This document shows positions 36,683 through 46,009 of a DNA stretch of 64,000 nucleotides, in pieces; position 1 is the stretch's first letter; each line of letters starts with the position of its first letter. Where the stretch lies: the NCBI GenBank assembly GCA_964474025.1, contig CAYYRD010000008.1, positions 53,593 through 117,592 on the forward strand, in the 5' to 3' direction. The translations under genes and the position numbers were made by a program. The notes beneath the pieces were generated by a model. It saw nothing but the letters and a program-made list of their open reading frames with translations. It did no database searches and was not told where the DNA came from. The DNA is from an uncultured Dehalococcoidales bacterium. Lineage in GTDB: Bacteria > Chloroflexota > Dehalococcoidia > Lucifugimonadales > Lucifugimonadaceae.

Positions 36683-38305
36683 CTAAACGAGTTGGAAGGG
36701 CGGCGCCATTATTGGCAGGCTGACATGGATCAAAAACGGCTCGTCCAGCGCCAGGGCTTCCTGCAACGCGGCCTTCAAGCCAACAGGCGTGTCCACGCCC
36801 TTCGAGCGGATGCTGAACGCCGCAGCAAGCGTGTCCCAGTCCGGGTTGAAGAACTCGGTTCCTATCTCGCGGTCCCCGTATCGATGCTCCTGATCCCACC
36901 GGGAGGCCCCGAAGGCGCCGTTGTCGAACACCACCACCACGAGGTTGATGCCGTGCTGTTTCGCCGTCGCCAATTCCTGCGGGCTGTACATGAAGCCCCC
37001 GTCGCCACAGAGGGCGACCACCGGCCGATCACCCGCCGCCATTTTGGCTCCGAGGGCCGTCGGGAAGCTGAAGCCGAGGTTGCCGAAGTAGCCGGAGGTG
37101 ATGAACTCGCCGCCCTCCCGCACATCGTAGGCGATGTGACTCCAGTAGCCGATATTGGTCATGCCGGCGATCAACACAGCGTCGTCCCCGGTAGCTTCCC
37201 TGACGGCGTTGACCCATGCCAACTGAACGGGCGCAGCGTCATCGAGGAAAGCCTGCAACTTCTCGCGGTACACCGACGCGCGTTCACCCGCCGAACCATC
37301 GCCCTTATCCACACCACATCCCTGGAGAGCATCGCAGACCGCCGAGATGCCTGCTTTGGCGTCCGCCTGAATGGCGATCGTGGTGCCGTGGTCCTTATCG
37401 AGCTCCCGTTGATCGACATCGATCTTGATGATCGTCTGCCCGTCCTTCGCCTTGAACCCGGGCACCATGAACCGCGTCCCAGCGACCAGGATCACATCGG
37501 AATCGGCGAGCAGCTCTCCGCTGACCCCGATCTGGGCGTAATGCACACCCACGTACTGCGGATGGCCTGCTGGAACGCTGCCTTTTGCCTGCTGCGTTCC
37601 GACTATCGGAGCATCCAGCATCTCGGCCATCGCGGCGACCTCCGGTCCCGCCTCCGCACGCAGAACCCCACCCCCGATAACGATCGCTGGCTTCTCAGCA
37701 CCGGCAAGCGCTTCGGCGGCGCGGGCGACAAGGTCATCCGCGGGTTGCTGCGCCGCGTAAAGCTCGGCCTCTATGATCTCGACCTCACCCGTGGCGGCGA
37801 GGATGTCCGGCGGGATCTCCAGTTCCACGGGCCGCGGCCGGCCGGTAGTCATCTGCTTGAACGCCTCGTGGATCGCGCCCGGGATCTCCGAAACGGACGA
37901 CACCCGTGTGTTCCATTTGACGATGGGCTTGAAAACATCAAGCTGTTCCTCGACCTCGTGCAGTTGACCTTCGCCTTTGCCGAGCGAACCGCTGGCTATC
38001 TGGCCGGAGATGAGCAACACGGGCGACGAAGCGGCGTAGGCCGTCCCGACCGCCGCGGTGGCGTTCAAAGCGCCGGGACCGGGGACGACGAGGGCCACGC
38101 CGGGTTTACGTGCGACGCGGGCGTATCCGTCCGCCATGTAGGCGGTTGTCTGCTCATGCCTGGTGCTGATTAGCCGGATTGACTGGCTGTCATGGAGTGC
38201 GTCAAACGCCGCCATGATCTGGACGCCGGGGAGCGCAAAAACCGTGTCCACGCCCTCCGCTTCAAGCGATCTGCGAAGTGCTTCTGCGCCGGTCATCTCG
38301 GGCAT
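36683..38305 (-). CDS. Thiamine-pyrophosphate-dependent enzyme (acetolactate synthase large-subunit family)
   Basis: MPEMTGAEALRRSLEAEGVDTVFALPGVQIMAAFDAL...STRHEQTTAYMADGYARV and a C-terminal GDGGFMYSPQELATA TPP motif. Start is ATG 38305 (codon 57 of the track ORF). Confidence 0.85.
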   Translation of the reverse strand: MPEMTGAEALRRSLEAEGVDTVFALPGVQIMAAFDALHDSQSIRLISTRHEQTTAYMADGYARVARKPGVALVVPGPGALNATAAVGTAYAASSPVLLISGQIASGSLGKGEGQLHEVEEQLDVFKPIVKWNTRVSSVSEIPGAIHEAFKQMTTGRPRPVELEIPPDILAATGEVEIIEAELYAAQQPADDLVARAAEALAGAEKPAIVIGGGVLRAEAGPEVAAMAEMLDAPIVGTQQAKGSVPAGHPQYVGVHYAQIGVSGELLADSDVILVAGTRFMVPGFKAKDGQTIIKIDVDQRELDKDHGTTIAIQADAKAGISAVCDALQGCGVDKGDGSAGERASVYREKLQAFLDDAAPVQLAWVNAVREATGDDAVLIAGMTNIGYWSHIAYDVREGGEFITSGYFGNLGFSFPTALGAKMAAGDRPVVALCGDGGFMYSPQELATAKQHGINLVVVVFDNGAFGASRWDQEHRYGDREIGTEFFNPDWDTLAAAFSIRSKGVDTPVGLKAALQEALALDEPFLIHVSLPIMAPPFQLV

Positions 38306-38457
38306 GTTGGGGTCTTTCTTATCTGGTGGAGGTGGTAGCCGACGGCATTGTAGGCCGGGAAAGACTGCATCCGACGCGCCCACTGCATTCTGAAGGCCAC
38401 GACCCACACATTGCGGCGATCCGTACAATCCACTGGCCGAGGGCCACCGAGAGGAAA

Positions 38458-39495
38458 TTGTTGTTGACTTCACATCCGTCCGGCGAAGGCCTGCCCGCCG
38501 GCAAATTGCCGGGTGAGCTGCTGGCGCGCTTGCTATCCAGGATCCAGCGTGACGATCCGCGGGTGATCGTCGGGCCGGGTGTCGGCGAGGATGCGGCGTT
38601 CGTCGACTTCGGCGAAACCCTGCTCGTCGCGAAAAGCGACCCCGTGACCTTCGCGACCGATCTGATCGGCTGGTACACGGTGCAGGTAAACGCCAACGAT
38701 GTTGCGTGTTGCGGTGCGGTGCCGAAGTGGTTCCTGGGAACGGCTTTGCTGCCCGTAGGCACCACGCCGGATCAGGTGGAACGCATATTCGACCAGATCT
38801 CGGATGCTTGCGACGCGCTCGGCATCACGATGATCGGCGGCCACACCGAGATGACGCTCGACCTGCCGCGCCCGATCGTTGCCGGGACGATGCTGGGTGA
38901 GGTGACAAAAGGCGAAGAGGTGATGACGGCGGGCGCACGCCCTGGTGACCGCGTGATCCTGACCAAGGGGATCGCCATCGAGGGAACGTCACTTCTCGCA
39001 CGTGAGATGCGTCCGCAACTCGAGCTTGCCGGGGTTCCGGCGGGCGTGATCGACCGGGCAGCAAACTACCTGTACGAACCCGGGATCAGCGTAGTCCCGG
39101 AGGCGCGCATCGCACATGCCGCCGGGGGTGTCACGTCGATGCACGACCCGACGGAGGGCGGGCTGGCCACGGCGCTGGCCGAGCTCGCGACGGCATCAAG
39201 CACCGGGGTCGCGATCGACGGAGACGCCGTCCCGATCCTGCCGGAAGCGGCGGAGCTTTGTGCCGCGCTCGGGGTCGACCCGTGGGGACTCATCTCGTCC
39301 GGCGCCTTGCTCATTACGGCCCGGTCGGAAAGCGCCGCAAAGATAGTCGATGCCGTAACCGCGGCAGGGATCCGGGCGACCGATATCGGCGAGATCAGGC
39401 CGGTCGGCGAAGGGCTACTGCTACGCCGGGAGGGCGTTGAAACGCCCCTCCCTGCGTTCGAGCGGGATGAACTTGCGCGCGTGCTGGGAGAATAG
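38458..39495 (+). CDS. AIR-synthase-related (PurM/HypE/ThiL superfamily) protein
   Basis: GKLPGELLARLL...VGPGVGEDAAFVDF...DLIGWYTVQVNANDVACCGA...GGHTEM. Three consecutive TTG codons at 38458-38466 follow GAGAGGA. Confidence 0.7.
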   Translation: MLLTSHPSGEGLPAGKLPGELLARLLSRIQRDDPRVIVGPGVGEDAAFVDFGETLLVAKSDPVTFATDLIGWYTVQVNANDVACCGAVPKWFLGTALLPVGTTPDQVERIFDQISDACDALGITMIGGHTEMTLDLPRPIVAGTMLGEVTKGEEVMTAGARPGDRVILTKGIAIEGTSLLAREMRPQLELAGVPAGVIDRAANYLYEPGISVVPEARIAHAAGGVTSMHDPTEGGLATALAELATASSTGVAIDGDAVPILPEAAELCAALGVDPWGLISSGALLITARSESAAKIVDAVTAAGIRATDIGEIRPVGEGLLLRREGVETPLPAFERDELARVLGE

Positions 39496-39589
39496 ACCGG
39501 GATTCCCGCGTAGTCAGGGCCACTTGGTGTCACTTGCCAGACATCGTAAAATCAGATGATTCTTGACGAGAAGTTGACCTAAGACGCCC

Positions 39590-41785
39590 ATGCCAGCCAC
39601 AACGCTCCTGACAAAGATCGACTCCTACCTCGCGAATGATCGCGCGGAGTTTGTGCGAGACGCGCTGGATTTCGCTACGACCGCTCACTCCGGCCAGGCC
39701 CGTCTATCCGGGGAGCCGTACGTGGAGCATCCGATCGCCACGGCTGAATTCCTGGCCGAGCGCCGCATGGACGCCACCACGCTCGCCGCCGCGTTGCTAC
39801 ACGACGTGATCGAAGATTGCGAAATCACCCGGGCGCAGATCGAAGACCAGTTCGGCGACGAGGTCGCGAAGCTGGTCGATGGCGTGACCAAGATGAACTC
39901 GATCGACGTACTGACGCGCGGGGAGCGGGTCAGTACGCCGGTCTTTGCGCTCGACGGTGAAAACCAACTGGATGAGCGAACAGCACGGCAGGCCGCCAGC
40001 ATGCGCAAGATGCTCGTGGCGATGGCCGAGGATGTCCGCGTCGTCTTGATAAAGCTGGCTGACCGGCTTCACAACATGCGGACGTTAGATGCGCACACCC
40101 ATGACCGCCGCATCGCCATCGCCCGAGAAACGCTCGAGATCTACGCTCCACTGGCGCATCGGCTCGGCGCATGGGACCTGAAATGGCGTCTCGAGGATGA
40201 AGCATTCCGATACCTTCAGCCGCGACAGTACCGCTCCGTTTACAGGTTGATCAATCGCAAGCGGGCCGAACGCGAGGAGTACACCCAGCGCGTCATGAAG
40301 ATACTTCAGGACGCACTCGACGAGCACGATATCCCCGCCGAGGTTCACGGCCGCCCGAAGCATCTGTACAGCATCTACCAGAAGATGCGCCGCTACGGCG
40401 AGCAGGGCCGCCAGTTCAACGACATCCAGGACCTGACGGCCCTCCGGGTGCTGGTCGGGTCAGAGGAAGAATGCTATCGCGTCCTGTGGATCGCCCATCG
40501 CCTGTGGCGGCCGGTCCCGGGCCAGTTTGACGACTATATCGCCAGTCCCAAAGAGAACCTGTATCAGTCCATCCACACCTCCGTCATGTGTGAAGAAAAC
40601 GCTCCCGTAGAAGTGCAGATCCGCACGCGCCAGATGCATGATCTCGCCGAAAACGGCGTGGCTTCTCACTGGGCGTACAAAGAAGAGGGCGATCCGAACG
40701 CCGACGATAATTTTGAGCAACGAATGTCCTGGCTCCGGCAGATCCTTGACTGGCAGAAGGAGTTGGAGGGGGACAGCGAGTACCTGGACACGGTGCGGAC
40801 CGACATCCTTCGCGACCAGGTGTATGTCTACACGCCGATGGGCGAAATCAAGGAGTTGCCGGGCGGTTCTACTCCGCTGGACTTCGCGTATCGTGTTCAC
40901 ACAGACCTCGGCCATCACACCGTCGCCGCCACGGTCAACGGACAACTGGTACCCCTCAATACGGTGCTGGAAAACGGCGACACGGTGGAAATCCGCAAGT
41001 CACGCAGCGTGCGCGGGCCAAAAATGGACTGGCTGAACCCGGATCTCGGCTACATGGTGACGGCGAGCGCCCGCGAAAAGGTGCGCACATGGTTCCGTCG
41101 GCGGCGCCGTGAGGAGAACGTCCAGCGAGGACGTGAGTTGCTCCGGAGGCAGGTAACACAACTCCGATCGTCGACGCCGGAAGAAGAGATCGCGGCAACA
41201 CTGATGTTCGAGTCGGCCGACGAACTTGCTGAGGCGCTTGGAAGCGGGACGCTCCAACCGTCGGATGTCGTACGCGGACTGGTGGATATCGCCGGCGAGC
41301 CCGACCTGGCGCCCCCCAGGAGCGACGACGATTCCCCGCGCCACGGCGTGGTGGTCCTGGATTCTGATCAGACGGTCACCAGGCTGGCACGTTGCTGCTC
41401 ACCGGTGTACGGGGACGCAATCACCGGATACACGACCCGCGAACGGGGCGTGACGGTCCATTTGCAGACCTGTCCAAACCTGCGCGCCCGCCTGGAGCCT
41501 GAGCGAACCGCCGAGGTCGCATGGGGCCACCTGGAGGAGAGATATCCGTCACGGCTCAAGATAGACGCGTGGGATCGCGTCGGCCTGTTGAGAGACCTGA
41601 CGGCCGTGGTGTCCCGGGAGCAGGCCAACATCCACCGTATCCATTCCAGTGAGCAGCCGACTGCCGGCCGTTCGACGGTCGAACTCACGGTGTACACTAG
41701 TGGGGTTGAGCAGTTGACCAGATTGTGCGCAAGACTGGATGCGGTCCCCGGCGTGCAATCGGTTCAGAGGCAGGGAGCCGGGTAG
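39590..41785 (+). CDS. relA: Bifunctional (p)ppGpp synthetase/hydrolase RelA/SpoT
   Basis: HD domain (HPIATAEFLA...LLHDVIEDC), synthetase region (RPKHLYSIYQKM...YQSIHTSV), TGS and ACT-like C-terminus. Confidence 0.95.
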   Translation: MPATTLLTKIDSYLANDRAEFVRDALDFATTAHSGQARLSGEPYVEHPIATAEFLAERRMDATTLAAALLHDVIEDCEITRAQIEDQFGDEVAKLVDGVTKMNSIDVLTRGERVSTPVFALDGENQLDERTARQAASMRKMLVAMAEDVRVVLIKLADRLHNMRTLDAHTHDRRIAIARETLEIYAPLAHRLGAWDLKWRLEDEAFRYLQPRQYRSVYRLINRKRAEREEYTQRVMKILQDALDEHDIPAEVHGRPKHLYSIYQKMRRYGEQGRQFNDIQDLTALRVLVGSEEECYRVLWIAHRLWRPVPGQFDDYIASPKENLYQSIHTSVMCEENAPVEVQIRTRQMHDLAENGVASHWAYKEEGDPNADDNFEQRMSWLRQILDWQKELEGDSEYLDTVRTDILRDQVYVYTPMGEIKELPGGSTPLDFAYRVHTDLGHHTVAATVNGQLVPLNTVLENGDTVEIRKSRSVRGPKMDWLNPDLGYMVTASAREKVRTWFRRRRREENVQRGRELLRRQVTQLRSSTPEEEIAATLMFESADELAEALGSGTLQPSDVVRGLVDIAGEPDLAPPRSDDDSPRHGVVVLDSDQTVTRLARCCSPVYGDAITGYTTRERGVTVHLQTCPNLRARLEPERTAEVAWGHLEERYPSRLKIDAWDRVGLLRDLTAVVSREQANIHRIHSSEQPTAGRSTVELTVYTSGVEQLTRLCARLDAVPGVQSVQRQGAG

Positions 41786-41844
41786 ACCAGAACCGGCAAC
41801 CGTGATACTTGAATTCACATGAGCCGGGTTCGCATATACAGCGG

Positions 41845-41881
41845 CCCGGCACGCGATCCGGCGCAGGGCGCCGGGTTTTTT
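41845..41881 (+). terminator. Intrinsic terminator between relA and rpsT
   Basis: CCCGGC...GCCGGG stem followed by TTTTTT. It ends 20 nt before the rpsT ATG. Confidence 0.55.
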
Positions 41882-41901
41882 CTGAGGAGAACTGACGAAT
41901 A

Positions 41902-42171
41902 ATGCCCGCAGCGAAGGCCCGAAGGGTCGCTGAGCGAAAAGCAGCACGAAATCGACCCATCCGAACACTGGCTCGAAACAGGGTTGCCGACGCACGTGCA
42001 GCGATCGAGGCCGACCCGTCGTCGGAAGAGGCCGTAACGGCCGTAGCCGCCGCGAAGAGCGCTCTCGCAGTGGCCGCGAGCAAGGGCGTGGTTCACAAGA
42101 ACAACGCAGCACGCCGCATCTCCCGCCTGGCCCGTCACCTGAACCGGGCAAAGGCAAGCCAGGACTCTTAG
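41902..42171 (+). CDS. rpsT: 30S ribosomal protein S20
   Basis: MPAAKARRVAERKAARNRPIRTLARNRV...KGVVHKNNAARRISRLARHL. GAGGAG Shine-Dalgarno. Confidence 0.9.
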   Translation: MPAAKARRVAERKAARNRPIRTLARNRVADARAAIEADPSSEEAVTAVAAAKSALAVAASKGVVHKNNAARRISRLARHLNRAKASQDS

Positions 42172-42201
42172 ACTCTTGATCCGGGTACACACGGCACTCT
42201 G

Positions 42202-42795
42202 ATGCAGCCCGATCACGGACATTCGCCGGGTCCGGCGCCCGGTGAGCCCAGGACTCATTACGCCTGGAGTGTTCATCACCCGTACAAAGGCGTGGAAAAC
42301 CATGTCGCAGTAGAGGTTCGCCCACATTTCGGATTCGTCCGGCACTGGCGATTTGTCCTTCCTAGCGACTACGAAGGAGTGGTGGAATGGGGCGTCGGAA
42401 GTCCGAACGGGCAGCCGATCGGAGATCGTCTTCGGGGCGAGGCGAGCGGCGGTCCGACGCAGTTGCTGAACGGGCCGGATGTTGTGTGGTTCGGCGCCGC
42501 CGAGCGGCTTTCCGCATCATCTCGTTCCGCCTACCTGGTTTTCAACGACCCGCCGCCTCACTACGTTTCGTTCGGTGAAGCGGACGGCCCGGACGATCCC
42601 CCGGAGTCTCTCGAAGGCATTTCTTTCGGCGATTCGCACGACCATGTGGCAGACGCCCACTCCGGTCACTCCCACGGCGAGCATGATCACGACCACTCAG
42701 GCCACGATCACGCGGGTCACGGGCACGATAATCCGGGCCATGAGCACCCGGGTCACAACCATGCCGGACATGATCACGGCCCGGGCGGCCACTGA
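42202..42795 (+). CDS. Hypothetical protein with an extremely His-rich C-terminal tail
   Basis: The last 52 residues contain 19 His (HDHVADAHSGHSHGEHDHDHSGHDHAGHGHDNPGHEHPGHNHAGHDHGPGGH). I did not recognise the N-terminal 145 aa. Confidence 0.65.
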   Translation: MQPDHGHSPGPAPGEPRTHYAWSVHHPYKGVENHVAVEVRPHFGFVRHWRFVLPSDYEGVVEWGVGSPNGQPIGDRLRGEASGGPTQLLNGPDVVWFGAAERLSASSRSAYLVFNDPPPHYVSFGEADGPDDPPESLEGISFGDSHDHVADAHSGHSHGEHDHDHSGHDHAGHGHDNPGHEHPGHNHAGHDHGPGGH

Positions 42796-43672
42796 CCTTC
42801 AGCGATCTCCGTACGAGCGTCTGGCAATCAGATTCCCAGCGCGACGTTTGATTCTGGCTGGCGCGGCGCTCGCTTTCGTGGCGCTCGTCGGATGTGGCAG
42901 TTCAACGGCAATTCCGCCGGAAGTTCCCGCCGTCACCACGGCCGTGGTGACGGCGTCAGCGAAGTCAGCCGCACCAACTCCGGATGTCGCGTTCATCACT
43001 CCGATTCCGCCATCGTTTCCGACTCCCGGCAACCTCCTGGCTGCGACGGTATCACCGTCGCAGCTTCCTCCCCCAACCGCCTCGCCGTCGGTCACGGCAG
43101 TCCCCACGCCCACCATCTCCACCCGGGCGTCTGCCGTGGCTCAACCGACGGCTATGAAACCGGTTACGCCAACGGAGTCACCGTCCCCGGTTCCGCCGAC
43201 GAGCACGAGTCCCCCGGTGCTGTCGACATCCACAGCGACACCTGATCCGGTGCAGCCCACCGCGACTCGTTTGGCCACAGCGAGTCCGGTCTCCTTGCCG
43301 ACGCCCACGCCCACGGTGGTTCATGTAGAAATAACCTGCATCTTCTTTGACGGAGCCGTTCCAACTTCAGAGTCAGACGAGTACGTCGAGATACTGAACG
43401 CGGGTGGCGCGGCGGCTGATATCGGCGGATGGACGCTCACCGATATAGCGGACGGGACGCCGGTATTCGCGTTCCCGGCGACGATCATTCCGCCGGGTGA
43501 GTCGATTCGTGTTTATACCGACGAGATACATCCGGAATCTGGCGGTTTTTCGTTCGGACGCGGCGCCAGCATCTGGAACAACGGCAGCCCCGATGCAGCC
43601 GGTTTACACGATCTTTCCGGCGCGCTCGTCAGCCGGAAAAGCTATCCGCCCGGTTGCCAGACACCGCCCTAA
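42770..43672 (+). CDS. Lipoprotein with Pro/Thr/Ser linker and C-terminal lamin-tail (LTD) domain
   Basis: RRLILAGAALAFVALVGCGSS lipobox. C-terminal VHVEITCIFFDGAVPTSESDEYVEILNAGGAAADIGGWTLTD...GESIRVYTD is LTD-like. The start is uncertain: ATG 42770, CTG 42824 or TTG 42851. The earlier part of track ORF 42479.. overlaps the His-rich gene and is not credible. Confidence 0.7.
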   Translation: MITARAATDLQRSPYERLAIRFPARRLILAGAALAFVALVGCGSSTAIPPEVPAVTTAVVTASAKSAAPTPDVAFITPIPPSFPTPGNLLAATVSPSQLPPPTASPSVTAVPTPTISTRASAVAQPTAMKPVTPTESPSPVPPTSTSPPVLSTSTATPDPVQPTATRLATASPVSLPTPTPTVVHVEITCIFFDGAVPTSESDEYVEILNAGGAAADIGGWTLTDIADGTPVFAFPATIIPPGESIRVYTDEIHPESGGFSFGRGASIWNNGSPDAAGLHDLSGALVSRKSYPPGCQTPP

Positions 43673-43689
43673 GCAGTGCCACGGCCGCG

Positions 43690-43744
43690 TTGACACGTTT
43701 ACAGGGCATTGCTAGATTTCAGAACATTAGTGCGGAATGTGCTC
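43690..43744 (+). promoter_or_regulatory. Near-consensus sigma-70-type promoter plus SOS-box-like inverted repeat upstream of lexA
   Basis: TTGACA (43690) -17 nt- TAGATT (43713), immediately followed by AGAACATTAGTGCG (compare GAAC-N4-GTTC) and the longer repeat AGAACATT-N7-AATGTGCT. Confidence 0.5.
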
Positions 43745-43800
43745 GGCAAACGCCGGGGGACGCCACTTCGCCACAGGGCAGCCCACGGACGGATCAACAG

Positions 43801-44439
43801 ATGCGAGAGCTCTCCGATCGACAGCAGCTAATGCTCGGCTTCATAGAGGAATTCATGGACGATTACGGCTATCCGCCGACGGTCCGTGATATCCAGTCCG
43901 GCTGTGACATCAGCTCCACCTCGGTAGTGGACTACAACCTGAAAGCCCTGATCCAGAAGGGCTTCATCAACCGCGATGCCGAAGTATCCCGGGGGCTTCA
44001 GCTTGTCCAGGGAAGCGGTCGCCGCGCCGAGTTGCCTGACACGGTTGCGGTGCCCCTGCTCGGCACTATCGCAGCCGGTGACCCGTTCCCCCTGCCGACC
44101 GCCGACGCGCAGGGCGCGGAGACGATCGACCTCCCGCAGTCGATTACGGGCCCGGGTGAAAACCTGTACGCTCTGCGGGTCAAAGGTGAATCGATGGTCG
44201 ACGCCCTGATCGCCGATGGTGATCTTGTGGTGATGGAGCAGACGAGCAGGGTCGAGAACGGCCAGACGGCCGCGGTCCGGCTGAAGCTGGAAGATGAAAC
44301 CACCTTGAAACGGTTCTATCGGGAGGGAGAGAAGATCAGACTCCAGCCCGAGAACAGCCAGATGGACCCGATCATGTGCGATGCGAGCAATGTTGAGGTG
44401 TTGAGCCGGCTAGTAGCCGTGTGGCGTTTCATCGGGTAA
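43801..44439 (+). CDS. lexA: LexA repressor
   Basis: MRELSDRQQLMLGFIEEFMDDYGYPPTVRDIQ (HTH), cleavage-site region VPLLGTIAAGDP, and protease Ser/Lys context LRVKGESMVDA...TLKRF. Confidence 0.9.
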   Translation: MRELSDRQQLMLGFIEEFMDDYGYPPTVRDIQSGCDISSTSVVDYNLKALIQKGFINRDAEVSRGLQLVQGSGRRAELPDTVAVPLLGTIAAGDPFPLPTADAQGAETIDLPQSITGPGENLYALRVKGESMVDALIADGDLVVMEQTSRVENGQTAAVRLKLEDETTLKRFYREGEKIRLQPENSQMDPIMCDASNVEVLSRLVAVWRFIG

Positions 44440-44571
44440 ACCTCACGAGTATTACGCGCCCTGAATCTGGGACGGGCGTATACTTGCTATCGGCACGGAC
44501 GTTCATTAAGCCTCAGTCGGGTCACGATTGTGTGCTCCGCAGAAATCCGTAATCGCCGGGAGTAGCGCGAG

Positions 44572-44766
44572 ATGCCAAGCATCGGCGGACCCGAACTTAT
44601 AATCATCCTCCTGATCGTCGTGATCGTGTTCGGCGTTGGACGCCTTCCCGAGGTCGGCGGTGGACTGGGCAAAGGCATTCGAGAGTTCCGGCGCTCGGTG
44701 ACCGGCAAGGGCGACGACCCTGCCGAGGAAGCCGACGAGACCGAGAAGGACAACGGCGCCGCGTAA
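44572..44766 (+). CDS. tatA: Sec-independent protein translocase TatA/E
   Basis: [43 protein letters not shown]. Confidence 0.9.
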   Translation: MPSIGGPELIIILLIVVIVFGVGRLPEVGGGLGKGIREFRRSVTGKGDDPAEEADETEKDNGAA

Positions 44767-44790
44767 TAGCGACAGGTCCAACCGGCAATT

Positions 44791-44823
44791 AAAGACCCGC
44801 CTCGTGAGACGGGTCTTTTTGTT
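44791..44823. terminator. Hairpin terminator between convergent tatA and tatC
   Basis: AAAGACCCG-N10-CGGGTCTTT followed by TTGTTT on the plus strand and A-rich on the other side, so it may act in both directions. Confidence 0.65.
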
Positions 44824-44852
44824 TGCGGATCACCGGGAGTGATCGATACCGG

Positions 44853-45611
44853 CTAACGGCCGACTTCGGACTCGACCTCACTGCGACTCGCACGCCTTGA
44901 CCCCATTCGTGCAAGCCAGTAGCCGATCTCGTACATGACGATGATCGGCCCTGCCACCAGCGACTGGTTCAACGGGTCGAACGTCGGGGTGATCATCGCC
45001 CCGGCCACAAAAGCCAGCACCACGACCCATTTGCGTTTGCTTGCGAGCCACCTGGGCGTGACCACGCCGATCTTGGCGAGGAAGAAGATCACTATCGGCA
45101 ACTCGAAGATGAGGCCAAGCCAGAACAACAGCCGGGTGACGAGCCCCACGTACGAGCTGATCCGGATCAACGGCGTCGCAATGTCGCCGCCAAAGTTCAG
45201 CAGGAAGTTGATGGCAGGAGGAAGCAGAACGTAATAGCCGAACGCCACCCCCAGTCCGAACGAAACGATGCTTGCGGGCATCAAAACCCACAGCCATCTA
45301 CGTTCGTTCGGCTTCAAACCCGGGGACACAAACCTGACGATCTGGAACAGCATGAACGGCGTGGTTGCCGCGATCCCGACAAGAATTGACACCTTCGCTA
45401 CTGTGCCCCAGAACTCGGTCAGGTCCGTGAAGATCGCCTGACCATCTGTGAACCTGTTCAGATCTTCGGCCGGTTCAAGCAACCAGCGGAGGATATGGCG
45501 GTGGAAAACGAATGCCGTCGCCGTCGTAACGACAAAAAACAGAACGATCCGGATGATGCGCCGTTTGAGTTCCCTGAAGTGATAAGAAAACGGATGACGC
45601 GGATCGTTCAC
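44853..45611 (-). CDS. tatC: Sec-independent protein translocase TatC
   Basis: HFRELKRRIIRIVLFFVVTTATAFVF... six-TM TatC pattern. Confidence 0.9.
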   Translation of the reverse strand: MNDPRHPFSYHFRELKRRIIRIVLFFVVTTATAFVFHRHILRWLLEPAEDLNRFTDGQAIFTDLTEFWGTVAKVSILVGIAATTPFMLFQIVRFVSPGLKPNERRWLWVLMPASIVSFGLGVAFGYYVLLPPAINFLLNFGGDIATPLIRISSYVGLVTRLLFWLGLIFELPIVIFFLAKIGVVTPRWLASKRKWVVVLAFVAGAMITPTFDPLNQSLVAGPIIVMYEIGYWLARMGSRRASRSEVESEVGR

Positions 45612-46009
45612 GCAGATCCCCCGGGCGAAGCCGACGAATCCTCGCCATCCCTTGAAACGCTCGGCGACACGCCTGGCCCTTCCTCATCGGAATCGTCATC
45701 CTGGTCCGTCACTGTCTGCATCCGGCCCCGCGGTCGGCTCACCGCCCCTGCCGGCGGCGCATGCGGTCCGGCGTCGGATGCCCTCGACGACGCCGTCCCA
45801 GATTTTGTGGCGTCCGAGGTGTCTGACGTGTCGTCATCCTCATACTCCTCCATCACCATCTTCGTGAACTTGTCCCGCTCCACCTTCAACTCACGGAAAA
45901 TCTTGCCGGCTTCGCGGCTCGTTTCGATCATCTTTTTCGGGCCAAGCAGGAAGAACGCCAGCCCGGCGATGACGATAAGCTCAAACCCGCCGATACCGAA
46001 GAAGTTCAC
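45608..46009 (-). CDS. tatB: TatA/TatB-family translocase component with an acidic C-terminal tail
   Basis: VNFFGIGGFELIVIAGLAFFLLGPKKMIETSREAGKIFRELK. GTG 46009 overlaps the maf stop (GTGA). Confidence 0.75.
   Translation of the reverse strand: MNFFGIGGFELIVIAGLAFFLLGPKKMIETSREAGKIFRELKVERDKFTKMVMEEYEDDDTSDTSDATKSGTASSRASDAGPHAPPAGAVSRPRGRMQTVTDQDDDSDEEGPGVSPSVSRDGEDSSASPGGSA

Noticed and set aside
36554-38173. 539-aa plus-strand ORF
   Set aside because: It lies entirely antisense to the TPP-dependent enzyme gene, which has unmistakable acetolactate-synthase-family motifs. Its composition is low-complexity Arg/Gly/Asp-rich.
38458-39495. AIR-synthase-like protein as selenophosphate synthetase SelD, which would have supported the Sec hypothesis
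   Set aside because: The N-terminal glycine-rich loop reads GEGLPAGKLP and lacks the Cys/Sec-containing G-x-G-C/U-G-x-K motif of SelD. It looks like a generic PurM/HypE-superfamily member.
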